Assembly: GCA_951406725.2 (NCBI GenBank)
Contig: OX597817.1
Coordinates: forward strand, 131,998,001 to 132,062,000
DNA length: 64,000 nucleotides
Direction of reading: 5' to 3'
Origin: Octopus vulgaris
Lineage: Eukaryota
In this document: positions 13,494 to 26,500 of the stretch, in pieces
Layout of the letters: each line of letters opens with the position of its first letter
Position numbering within the stretch: position 1 is the first letter of the stretch
Translations under genes and position numbers: made by a program
The notes under the pieces: generated by a model
What the model saw: the letters and a program-made list of their open reading frames with translations, nothing else
The model's database searches: none
What the model was told of the DNA's origin: nothing

Positions 13494-14039
13494 TAACTTG
13501 TTCAAAAATAGTCTTATAATTATATTCTACATGAATTGTAGATTAATTATTTCGGCCTGTAGGGCATACAATTCTGGACTGTTTTCGGTGTTATTTTGAA
13601 ATCATCAGTAAACTTTATACTTCAACGCAGTTGCCAACATAATGATAGAGATTAATTTACATAGCAAACAGAGTTATCCACACACATACATAAAAAAAAA
13701 CAATAATCCATTCAACATGGCGACAGGCATTTAGAAAATATAAAAAACTGAAAAGATAAAAATGTAAAATGTCAGGAGAAAGAAAAGATAATTTCTACAT
13801 AGGTTGGAACAGGCAGATCCACAAAACTGATTAGGAATTCTAAAGAATTGGTTTACATAAGTTCTACTTTAAAATGTTTAACATGGCAAACTATGTTTTT
13901 TATGACAAACAGATAACGTGCCGCTCGTTGCTTTTCTCCAGATTATCGTCATAGGTATGTATTGTAGATGGGAATATATTTATGTCCTCGTTACAAGACT
14001 TGCCATGGAATCGATAATGGAGAAAAAGAATGCAACTGC

Positions 14040-14162
14040 GTAATAATAATGATAATGAAAATAATGATAATAATAATAATAATAATAACAATAATAATAA
14101 TAATGATAATAATAATGATGATAATAATGATGATGATGATGATGATGATGACGATGATGATG

Positions 14163-14237
<75 letters not shown>
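14040..14237. repeat. (TAA)n/(TGA)n compound trinucleotide microsatellite
   Basis: Direct inspection. Confidence 0.95.
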
Positions 14238-14240
<3 letters not shown>

Positions 14241-14591
14241 TTTGCAGCGTGTTCTGTATGCTCATAGACATATACCGGAAAATAGTGCAACACAAAACCA
14301 TCTATGTATTTAGAGGTGTCTTCATTTATATATGTAACTATACACAAGCGCAGAGACACGTATATATTCGACCGTATTTATATTAGTCTATGTCTGTGTT
14401 CTCTAAAGATACACACACACACACGCACCCACGCACACACAATCACACATATATTTATATATACACATATGCATACATATATATGTATACCTACATATAT
14501 ATACCATATATATGTATATATATATATATATACATATATGTGTATATATATATACATATATATATATGTATATATATATATACACACACAT

Positions 14592-14749
14592 GAGTGGCTG
14601 TGTGGTAAGTAGCTTGCTTACGAACCACATGGTTCCGGGTTCAGTCCCACTGCGTGGTACCTTGGGCAAGTGTCTTCTACTATAGCCTTGGGCCGACCAA
14701 AGCCTTCTGAGTGGATTTGGTTGACGAAAACTGAAAGAAACCCGTCGTA

Positions 14750-14750
<1 letters not shown>
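14592..14750 (+). mobile_element. tRNA-headed SINE family B, 5' half
   Basis: GAGTGGCTGTGTGGTAAGTAGCTTGC...GGTTCAGTCCC...CCTTGGGCAAGTGTCTTCT, running into a (TA)n tract. Confidence 0.85.
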
Positions 14751-14806
<56 letters not shown>

Positions 14807-14963
14807 GCATATATATACATATATATATATGTACATGAAGGTATATGGATAAATCTTAACTTTAGGGAAGTGCATTAATGCATTACTCTCACAAATAAAA
14901 GACACGCATACACACACACTTAAACTCACTGACACACACATAACATACATAGAACATACACAC

Positions 14964-15028
<65 letters not shown>

Positions 15029-15423
15029 AATGTGTATGTATATTAGTGCGTGAACGTATTTAACTTTATTTCGGGATTTGCTTTAATGCTATATACCAGC
15101 TCTGTAACAGAGTAGCATTATTTTTGGGTAATGTGTAGACATATCCGTATATATTGAATCATGTGGTGTATCGTCTATGTACTATACAACGTGCTGTTAG
15201 ATTGTGTTGTAAACTGGAGATATAAATATATCTGTTAAAAGATAACATACATCATTCTGACGCAAAGTATCTCATATTTCTATTTGAACAAGTCTTTGTA
15301 ATCAATAATCAATACCATCTTTCTTTTATAATAAGCTTGAATATATATTTTATATTCAACATACACAACCGTTAATCCAGACACGCTTTATTCTCTTCTT
15401 CTTTTTCTTTTTCTTCTTCTTCT

Positions 15424-16105
15424 AAAGTTATAGAGAATACAAAGATCCCTTTATACTTAACACCTACCAGCTAAGTATAAAGCTGATGTATATAAGTATA
15501 AATGAATCTTTGTATTCTCTATAACTTTTTGGTATATATGTTGTCACTGTGACTATCTGAAATTGACCTAGTTTTTTTAATACAAAATCTGTTTGGCAAA
15601 TAGTAGTAAACAGCTTCTAGGGCATTATAACCCCCTCTCTACCTTAATTTCTTTATGAAGAACTTCTGACATTTATTTCACCCCTATTTCTACAAATAGA
15701 AAATCTTTTTTGTCTCCTTTCAACTGATTATACTTCCCAACTTTCTAGCAGTTCAAAATAACGTAATGAATATTCTTCAGTCAGAAGATAAACTCTGCTA
15801 CCTTAATGTTTTTAAAATTTAAATCGACATCTTTGTCTATATATCTACCTTCTCTATAATGTTATCAATTAATATGAAAATTATGTATTAATGGAAAACC
15901 TCTATAAATGGCTGGTGATTGCTCAACATTTTAAAACTGCTGTAATACTTACAATATTTAATAAAGTGATGTAGCGTGAAACGATCGTACCAAATTACCG
16001 AAGTTATTCTTATTGCTTATTTTGATTATAATCACCCCATGGATTTATATGGATAACACCATACAAAAATCTGGTGCATCTAACTTAAGTACTATATTCA
16101 TTTGA
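15424..16105 (+). mobile_element. Penelope-like non-coding element with 5' fold-back and a 3' hammerhead-like motif, ending in (TA)n
   Basis: Inverted segment at 15424-15528; hammerhead-like motif at 15909-15992; homologous in reverse orientation to ~60200-60815. Confidence 0.65.
15909..15992 (+). ncRNA. Hammerhead-like motif (A6G in this copy; CTGATGA in the 60.3-kb copy)
   Basis: TGG-CTGGTGA-TTGCT...AGCGT-GAAA-CGATCG-TA-CCA. Palindromic stem III ACGATCGT, GUA site. Confidence 0.55.
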
Positions 16106-16122
16106 ATCTAAATTTTGCTGAA

Positions 16123-16199
<77 letters not shown>

Positions 16200-16202
<3 letters not shown>

Positions 16203-16650
16203 TAGTAACTAATTTTGGCAGAGGGCCAGCAGTTTTTAAGAGGAGAAGAGCGAAGTGAATTCTAAGGACCCCAGTAGTTGACTGCTACTTATTGTATCGG
16301 GTCCGAAAGAATGAAAGAGAAATTCTACTTCAGCAGCATTTTAACTCAGAACGTAAAGACAGGCGACCAGCTGCTAAACATTCTCTCCTGCGTGTTAACT
16401 ATTCTTTTAGCCCATCGCCAGTATGAATATCAGTTTAAAATTTTGGTACAAGGCAAGCATGCTTGTGGATTGTGGGGTAAGTCGATTACATAGAACCCAG
16501 TGTTCAACTGGTACTTAACTTATTAACCCGACAAAGCGAAAGGCAAAATCGACGTCGGAGGGAATTGAACTAAGAGTGTAAAGACGGTCCAGACGCCTCT
16601 AAGCGTTTGCCCTTTGTGCTCGCAGACTTATAACTGCCAGCTCGCAGACT
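16200..16650 (-). mobile_element. Two degenerate SINE family A copies in tandem
   Basis: AACTCAGAACGTAAAGAC and GAAAGGCAAAATCGAC motifs. Confidence 0.6.
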
Positions 16651-17909
16651 TATAACATCCATATGAATAAAGACATGCATTAAATAGAGTGACGGGACCT
16701 AGCTTGGTGTTTCGGGTGTTGACTTGATCATCAAACCTGGCGACGTGTTATGTTCTTGGGTAAAGCATCTCCTTTTATTGGCTACTCATGTCAATTCAGT
16801 TGTAAATGAGTTCCAACAATAGCAGAGAAGTTAACATTGCGGTGTTCCTGTCAAAGGGAGTCATGCAATCTCATTCAGCGATAGACCGTGGAAACTGGAT
16901 TAACAACGAGTCGTATGAAACCTGGGTCTCATGAATAAGCCAGAATATTTTGTATAAGAGTAAGCTGTGTGGTTAAAATGTTCACGTGACATCCTCGTGT
17001 TTCTTGATATTACCACAAAATAGATGGTAACATACTTCCGGTTACTCCATACTGTGTGAACAAGCAAATAAGCAGAAATATTATCAAGGACTCTGCCACG
17101 TGGAGAACGTAACAACTTAGAAACAATCACATGCGTTATGCATCTCTTTCATTCAATAATCGCCTTCAATCTTATAAACCAATCTAGAATATTGAATATA
17201 AACACAGAATTAATGTTTTCGTAACTTCACAAGCGCAAACTTTTCCTTAAGATCTAAAACGACGTAGCAATTTCATTTTCCTCTTCAAATAATATTTCGT
17301 ACCTCAATATTAATAACGTCAGAGTGACCTCCCATATATATGGGGATCTCCTGACCCTTTTCCCAAATAAATGAATATACAGTGAATCAATGAGCTGGAT
17401 AATACCGTTCCTAAAAAAAAAGCTTGATTTGCAATATATGAAAGTAGAATTATATTACCTCACATAACAAAACTGAAAACATATATTAGAGGGAAATTAA
17501 CGGATGTAACGCAAAGAAAGGATATTCGTCCGAATATAATGAAAAAGGCAGATGTAGTAATGTGGAATTAGCAAAACGAGGTTTCTCTTGCCTTTTATTT
17601 ACACACGCATGGACGCAGACACACAGACACACACACATCTATACACACACTTATATAAAAATATACATAGTGAGAGTGAAAGAAGGAGAACGAGAAAGGT
17701 GTAAATAGATAAGTTGTGCGGGTATATAAATGCGCACGCGCACATACGCACATGCACATACACATATATGCATATGTATATCTATTTATGTATGTATATA
17801 TGTATGTACTTACGTACGTACATATGTATATGTGCAGATTTGCACATTTCACTTTGTGTATGTATTTTCATGCACAAAGTTGCATATCTCGATATGCTCA
17901 TATATATTT

Positions 17910-18232
17910 AAATGATAAACTTCTGGAAATTTTTACAGACTTTTACAGTTCCAGTGATGGAGTGGATTTCTAGTCTTCGAATCAGCTTTCTCCTTTCTGG
18001 TTTTTGAGAAGCCTAATATCACAAGATTTCTATTTAGGCAGAGTGCCACATATCCCAGGGCTGCAATAATTACAGGTATAAACCTGAATAGAGTAACTGC
18101 AGAGAAGGTATTCTCTTTCTCACTGATCTTCAGCTTTAGGTTAACATCCGCTGGGCAGCTAATTTCCACAATTATACACAGTTCCTCTTCTCTATCCCAA
18201 ATCATTATATCAGGCCTGTTATGCCTAACTTT
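17910..18232 (-). pseudogene. C-terminal restriction-like endonuclease fragment of an R4/Dong-type non-LTR element
   Basis: HNRPDIMIWDREEELCIIVEISCPADVN...SEKEN...IPVIIAALG, a PD-(D/E)xK RLE signature. Confidence 0.75.
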
Positions 18233-18707
18233 TACTGAGGTATTCATACGTACGTATGTATGTATGTATGTATGTATGTTTGTACGTACGTACGTACATA
18301 TGTATGTATGCATGTATATATATATGTATGTAGGGTAACTTGTAATCCAGTACAAACTGATGAAAGGACCGACTGTCAGTCAGTAAAACGGGGACTGAAT
18401 ATTTTAGAGTCAACGAATATATTCTGAACATCGAATTTTTAAATATTTTATGATAAAATATTAAAGATAGCCTTCAAATGCAATGACATTTGGTTAAAGT
18501 ATTATATGGAGTTTAATAAAGAAATATTTTGTGACATATTTAGCGTGTTGTATTACGCAACGTCAGAATATTTTGTGAAAATGCCGTCTTTAAATTACAT
18601 ATCAGCAGTTTTAAAACGGAGCTTATCTAAAAAAGATATTCTTTTTTCTTATTTTGTGCTGAAATCACAAAGGCACTTGGTTATTGTCAGCATATTTTCT
18701 TTAAACC

Positions 18708-18737
18708 AATAATAATGATGATGATGATGATGATAAT

Positions 18738-18772
<35 letters not shown>

Positions 18773-18813
18773 TAATAATAATAATAATAATAATAATAAT
18801 AGTAGTAGTAGTA

Positions 18814-18901
<88 letters not shown>
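18708..18901. repeat. (TAA)n microsatellite
   Basis: Direct inspection. Confidence 0.95.
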
Positions 18902-18902
<1 letters not shown>

Positions 18903-19445
18903 TGCCCTGATGCAGTACCAGGTAGTGGCTCTTATGCCTGCTGATCTTATCTGATTGGAAGTGTTATCATTTACATTATTTTATCTTGGTATAAAAGATG
19001 GGCTACAGCAAATATTCTGCTCAATATCACAGATTTGCTTGTTAGTTGTTTGACCTTAACCAGTTGAGCAAGTCCCTTGGGGACTGACGATATGTGCATC
19101 TCTGACCATGAGCAGACGTAGTGGGGGAGCATCATAGCCATGTGTTGAGAGGGATTCTTTGGGGTTTGGATAATTCACCTCTGGAAATTAGGATGATGCA
19201 TTCAACATCCTTAAAGAACTCTTATTCAGGGATCCTTTCAGCAGGATGGGCCACTCGACCTGACGAAAATTCTAACTAGGCCCCATCTGCGAGGTCATGT
19301 GCTGTTTATCTTGATATGGGATCACAATGTTGCGCGCATGTTGTGATGTATGTGCCTTATCAGACGAGTAGTCATAATGAGTACATTGGGCTTCATGTAT
19401 GCGTACCCCAGTGTCACTCTGGTCTGATGCACAGTTCTCTCAAAA
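18901..19445 (+). mobile_element. ~540-bp non-coding element flanked by TAA repeats; second copy at 42300-42843 (-)
   Basis: Colinear similarity, e.g. TCTTGGTATAAAAGAT.GGCTACAGCAAA, CTGACGATATGTGCATCTCTGA, AATTCACCTCTG. Confidence 0.75.
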
Positions 19446-19454
19446 ATAATATTT

Positions 19455-19650
19455 ATACTTTCTGTTATAAGCACAAGGCCTGAAATCTTGGAGGAATGGG
19501 CTAGTCGAATACATCGACATCTGTATGCAAATGGTACTTATTTTATCAGCACCGAAAAGGATGAAAGGCAAAGTTTACCGTGGCGGTATATAGAAGGAAT
19601 GCTACTAAGCGTTTGTCCAAAGTGCTAACAGTTCTCCCAGATCGCTATCT
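19455..19650 (-). mobile_element. SINE family A, degenerate (similar copy at ~21760-21970)
   Basis: GGATGAAAGGCAAAG core and GCACAAGGCCTGAAAT tail motif. Confidence 0.6.
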
Positions 19651-21306
19651 CACGTAAGCTGGTGTTGCACCTTAAGTTAGTTGCTTAAAATAAGAGTTTG
19701 TTAAACATCAAGGTTCAAACCTTCAGATTGCTACAAATAAAATCAATTTTGTACGTGTTGCTTTGGCGCTATAAAAACAAAACAACAAACGTCTATTGAT
19801 GACAAATCAATTTTATTCCAATTAGAAAATTCGGAATTTCCTCCATCTCTATGTAATCTACCATATTCGGAACGGCATTGATTTATAAGAATCCCCGTTC
19901 TAACTGATAGAATATTGATGTAACATTTAAATAACATATTGATCGGAGACCACATATATTGATGACTGATAACAACCCAACCGCCATAAACGTTTTTTTT
20001 TCAGACGATCGATATCGATTTCTGACTGTAATGATCAGCTTTTTTTTTTTGCAGGTCAACAATAAATAAGCAAGCGTTCTAGTTTGTATTACCTGATGTC
20101 TTTTAATTTTAAGTTGAAACTATTTAAACAAACAAATATAAAAAAAATGATAATGCATGAAAGAAGCTGGTAAAAATTTCAGAAATTGACGTCATCACCA
20201 AACAACTTTACGTCAGTACGTGGTTACCCGACCAGCTAGAAAATGCAGCAAGTTTTTCCCTCAAGTCACAACCTACCTACCAACCGTTCTTTGAAATGTG
20301 GGAGACGCGCTTGTGGCTGTAACGCTATGTACTACAAGGTGGTCTGAATATTGTAAAAACAGGATGGTAACACTTACTGATTATAGTTTTGCTCAATCAT
20401 TCCAACTTATTCAATGTTACTACTGAACTATTTAGTGATGCTATGTATGATCGACCGACCCGCTAGAAAGTGCATTTAATTCTCCCGCAACATAGATCCT
20501 ACCAACTAATCTTTGTTTCAATAATGAAAGACAATTCCTAATATTTTAGATAAGTGTGCCACAATGTCTGAATATATTAACAGACAGGATGGGCAGAGCT
20601 GAAACGTCTCTGAGCATAGTTACATCTTGCTTGAAGTTAAAAACAGCAACCAACTCCATATCTGCAATAACAACAAGAACAACGTTGCTAAACAATGGTT
20701 GCAGAACATGGGTTTCTGGTCGAGATAGTGTAACACGGATTTAGGTTTAGCATTGCATCGCGTAAATTTACTATCTTCGGGTTTTTTCTGTATCATAAAG
20801 GTGTAAGATTTAATAACTGTACCAACATCCTCCACGTCTGCATTTTGTTCGTAGACCTGCAATCCTGTTTTGCTTGCAGGAAAGGCGCCTCTGTTGGCAG
20901 TATCTATTTAGGCACGTATCGGCTCCCTGACTACTGTCCAATGCGCTACACTATCTACATATACCGGTATCACAAAACACTGTTATTCTGCTGTATTTTC
21001 TCTAAATCAATATCACTGAGTTATTTCAAACTTAAAAAGTGTTTACTACGAGACAACACTAAAAAAACATAATGCTGGCACCAACCACTCTTTAGATAAT
21101 GATGATTAAAATACTAAAAGAAGACTATTTTATATGTTTTTCTAATATTCTGAGAGACGGTGTGAAGTAGTCGTGTGAAAGTTTTATTGCGAATTTCGTT
21201 AAAATACGAATTATCATTGTTCGAATGAAAAAAAATGATAATTGTTTTGATTATTAATATGGTTTCCAATAATAAATACGATACACGCATATATATACAT
21301 ATACAT

Positions 21307-21372
<66 letters not shown>

Positions 21373-22029
21373 GTATATATGGATATTATATGAATATATA
21401 TATATGTGTGTGTGCGTGTATACGTGCAAGGTTAGAGAGATGGGTATATATATGGTTGTTTATTACGTATCCACTTAACATTTTTCATTTTCACCTGTTT
21501 TCTTTTTCTGTGTTTTTGTCTTCGTTCATCGCCATTATCTTTCCGAAAATTATTTTACCCCACTAAACAACAATACTGATAGCTACTTACTATTTGTTCA
21601 TCAAAATAGGATTTAATGTCGATCTTATAAATTGTTCTTTTAAAAGAGATTTCTGTTAAGTCCTCATGCATAATTAAATAATTATTGGAAGAAATAGGGG
21701 TCTCTATCCATTCATACATCCATACATACACACACACTTGCTCTCACTGAATTATACCTTCATTTCTATTGTAAGCACAAAACCTGAAGCTTTGGAGAAG
21801 GGACTAATCTGTTACATCAAACCCAGTACGTAGCTGGTACTTACTTTATCAAGCATGAAAACATTAAAGACAAGGTTCTCGGCTGGATTTGAACTCAGAA
21901 CTTAAAGACCGATGAAGTGTTGCCATGCATTTAGTCAGGTGTGCTAATGATTCTGCAAGTTCGCTGCCTTAAATATAATTATAATAATCAGGTTAAGGCG
22001 GCGAAGTGGTCCTCTCCTAATTTATAAGT

Positions 22030-22700
22030 CCATCATATGTGGCATTCTCATCGTGTCCAAGATACTTATAATTGTCACCTGATTGGAGAAATCGTATTGT
22101 CAAGCCGTATTGTCAAGCGGTTCAGATTTTCAGAGTAGGGCACACATTTTCCGCGTTTTATTGTTAAAAATGCACATTTGGACTCACCAATATTCATTCC
22201 CTTGTTCGTAAACAACTGTGTTTTGATATTCAAATGCATTTTTATCTGTATAATGTTTGGCCCATATAGTTTCAGGTCGTCATCAAAGACAATATGGGAG
22301 ATACTTCTGGATCCATTTCTATGGCCACTATGTTTAGTGAGCAGGTATGGTAGCGGATTTAACGATAGGACGAAGAGCAACACAGTTAGGCTATCACTCT
22401 GAAGAATGCATTTTTGGCTGTGAATGCTTGTTATGCAAAGTTTTGGTCAGGCGTTCAATAGCACTCACATGTGGTTGAGGGCTAACTGTGAAGTCTCGAT
22501 AATCCAACCATGTTTTACTCTATCAAAATCTTCTGAAAGTCCAACCACACCGAAGTAAAGATCCTGTGAGATTTTACTGTTTTGTTTTGTTTTTCTGAAA
22601 CATTTTGTTTATAGTAGCTGCTATCGACATCCCACAGCTAGTTCTTCCTTCCCGCTTGCACAAGTGTTATAATGCTGTTGGTGGCATAATGATCCTCTAA
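22030..22700 (-). pseudogene. Degenerate RT of an R4/Dong-type non-LTR retrotransposon
   Basis: VWLDFQK..FDRVKHGWI, then LLFVLSLNPLPYLL...ISHIVFDDDLKLY...GMNIGESKC. Confidence 0.8.
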
Positions 22701-22974
22701 GAACAGATTGAGGTACACAGCGTACCATTTGTACACGATGTTCTGTGTGACTAATGAGTGGTAACTTTTAGCAAGGGAGTGGTTGGCTGTTATTGAGGAT
22801 GACAGAAGCAGTTGCAGTCGATAAACATCAGGGATGTTTTGGTGTGCTCTCGATACTTTCTTCATATAAGATCTAGCCGCGAAAAGGTGAAATTCTTCAG
22901 CCATATGTATGTATGTATTATGTATGCATGTATGTATGTGTGTATGTATGTGTGTATGTATGCATGTATGTGTG

Positions 22975-23008
<34 letters not shown>

Positions 23009-23377
23009 TGTATGTATGTATGTATGTATGTATGTCACTATTCAGTTTTATTTCAAGCTTTCTTGCCAATTGAGAAAGAGCCGGTTTCTAACCTAAATCC
23101 AAGGCTCCTTCATTGAAATTTCAACATAAAAACATGGAATTTTGTTTGCTTGTATGTACATATGTATGCAGGTATGTACGCATGTACGTATGCATGCATG
23201 TATGTATGCATGCATGTATGTGTGCAGATTTGTATGCTTTGTTCTATGTATGTATTCTCATGTATATATTTGTATATCTAGACATGCTGATATATATTTA
23301 AATGTTATGTTAGCATGTATGCATGTGTATATGCAAGTATATGTATGTACGAATGTGTGCATATATATGTATGCATA

Positions 23378-23433
<56 letters not shown>

Positions 23434-23600
23434 ACCGGGTGTGTACCGTTGGTGATGTTTTTCCTCCGTCTTCCTTTTCTTCCATTCACTAATTATATTA
23501 AACTTCAATTATCCGCACCAACGCACGGTTGCAACACCATATGGTCTTATCTCCAACCGTGTTTTTTCTGTTGTGATTTTTGCTACCCAGGTATCGGTTA

Positions 23601-23754
<154 letters not shown>

Positions 23755-24004
23755 GAAACAAACGTTTGAGAGGGAAAATAGAATATACGAGAAACGTTAT
23801 TGCCCACAATGATCGTTTCGACCCATTCTGCATCGATCTCTCGTGGGTGGTATTCTGTACAACTGGCTGTGGTGCATCGCGCGGGGCTGAAACGTCTCGT
23901 CAGGTGATTTTACAAGGGGTATCTCGTCAAATAAACCTTTTTAATTGTGCGGGCTGCCCGATAATGAGCCGTGTCTTATGCAGCCCGCTTTTTGAAAAAG
24001 TTGC

Positions 24005-24380
24005 TAGTTGCACAAACAGCAGAGTTGGACGCCACTGCATCGTACCAACAATCGCAACATTGCCATCAGGATACAGGAGCAGATACTGCTACAGCTTGGG
24101 CTTCAGGAGCCTACAGCTCTTCACTACCCCTTGGCAATGCCTGAGAGAACTACATGGGGTGAATGTAAGCGTCTTGAAAACCAAACTGGACCGCCTCCTG
24201 TCAAGAGTTCCCGATGAACCTACTTCGAGGCAAGAAACACAGATGAGGACAGTAATATCAAACGTTTTTATTCATCAAATGCCACACATCAGAAGTTAAG
24301 TGAAAGTGTAGCAAAGCAAACGGTGGTGCTGCCGCCTGGCTGCAGTCCTCGGGCTGAAAATAGAAAAAGAAAGAAAAGAA
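24005..24380 (+). mobile_element. 3' end of a CR1/L2-like LINE (ORF2 C-terminus, 3' UTR, AAAAGA tail)
   Basis: GRHCIVP...LKTKLDRLLSRVPDEP...SNVFIHQ* followed by GGTGGTGC...GCTGAAAA and an A/G-rich tail. Confidence 0.75.
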
Positions 24381-24840
24381 TACCTGTACGGTCCTACACA
24401 GAAATCGAACCCATCACCTTATGATCTCGATTTCAACATTCTAACCACCAACCATTGAACTTGAATATGTTCGACCAATTAATTGTTCAAAAACTCGTAA
24501 TTAGGAAGAAAAATATCATTGATACATTTGTAACAACCTGAATACTGTTTAACAAAACTCTGACTTTCCTGACGGCGTAAACAGCACAGAGAATGGTCGA
24601 TAACTGCATGACAAGAAACTACAATTACCATCTATAGAAATTCCTCTGTTCTGTCTACATATCGTAATACTATCGTTGTTCGTTATTGTTGCAAACCTAA
24701 TTGTGTGTTTTCATCCTATCTCAGTCCAACAAGTCGACCTATTATGGTGTGTCGTGGATAGAAAACCTTTATCATTCTTTAATGAAACGTATTTTAAATT
24801 GTATCCAAATATTGCTCTCCAGGTAACTATGTGCATATAC

Positions 24841-24912
<72 letters not shown>

Positions 24913-24959
24913 TGTGTGTGTGTGTGTCTGTGTGTGTATATGCATATGTATATACAAAT

Positions 24960-25287
<328 letters not shown>

Positions 25288-25443
25288 TATAGATAGATAC
25301 ACGATTTAGTATGTGTGTATATGTATGCATATACACACACACATACATGTACACCATACTAAATTGGGTATCTATCCATAATACATAAGTATATTCATAT
25401 CTATATTTAAATAGTACATGCACATTATATGTATACATCTTTC

Positions 25444-25484
<41 letters not shown>

Positions 25485-25847
25485 GTATATATATATATAT
25501 TTATTTAAAATAGCCATGTATATATCATAATCAATGTACGAAGGCGAATTACAGAAGATGCAATCAGCGGAATATCCTGCTCGTGAAATTAACGTGCAAG
25601 TGACTGAGCATTCCACAGATACACCTACCCTTCTTGTAATTCACAGTGGTATTCAGCGTGACACAGAATGTGAAAACGCTGGCTGTTTTCAATTTACAGG
25701 TACAACTCAGTTTCGCGAGCTGTGTGGAATGGAGCAACACAACGTGAAATGTTTCTTGATTAAGTTCTTGTTCACACACACACACGCACACACACACACA
25801 TACGCGATATATACAATTTCTCTCGCATTTATTTAAAATATCCATGT

Positions 25848-26262
25848 AGGTGCAGGAGTGGCTGTGTGGTAATTAGCTTGCTAATCAACCACATGGTTCT
25901 GTGTTCAGTCCCACTGCGTGGCATCTTGGGCAAGTGTCTTCTGCTATAGCTCCGGGCCGACCAATGCCTTGTGAGTGGATTTAGTAGACGGAAACTGAAA
26001 GAAGCTTGTCGTATATATATGTATATATATATATATATATGTGTGTATGTGTTTGTGTGTCTGTGTTTGTCCCCCTAGCATTGCTTGACAACCGATGCTG
26101 GTGTGTTTACGTCCCCGTCACCTAGCGGTTCGGCAAAAGAAACCGATAGAATAAGTACTGGGCTTACAAGGAATAAGTCCCGGGGTCGATTTGCTCGACT
26201 AAAGGCGGTGCTCCGGCATAGCCACAGTCAAATGACTGAAACAAGTAAACGAGTAAAAGAGT
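25848..26262 (+). mobile_element. SINE family B, full length, with internal (TA)/(TG) tract
   Basis: GGTGCAGGAGTGGCTGTGTGG head through ...GACTGAAACAAGTAAACGAGTAAAAGAGT tail. Confidence 0.9.
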
Positions 26263-26269
26263 AATATAT

Positions 26270-26500
26270 ATTTCTTTACTACCCACAGGGGGCTAAACAT
26301 AGAGGGGACAAACAAGGACAAACAAACAGATTAAGTCGATTATATCGACCCCAGTGCGTAACTGGCACTTATTTAATCGACCTCGAAAGGTTGAAAGACA
26401 AAGTCGACCTTGGCGGAATTTGAACTCAGAACGTAACGGCAGACGAAATACCGCTAAGCATTTCGCCCGCCGTGCTAACGTTTCTTCTCGCCCGCCGCCT
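26270..26500 (-). mobile_element. SINE family A, tail-to-tail with family B copy
   Basis: Head GGCGGCGGGCGAGAAGAAACGTTAGC at 26499; B box GAGTTCAAATTCC. Confidence 0.85.

Noticed and set aside
13577-13608. Minus-strand CTGATGA...CGAAAACAGTC
   Set aside because: Stems I and II do not pair convincingly.
13942-13954. 13-nt micro-exon with good-looking splice sites
   Set aside because: It lies just upstream of a TAA-tailed, LINE-end-like segment and has no coding support.
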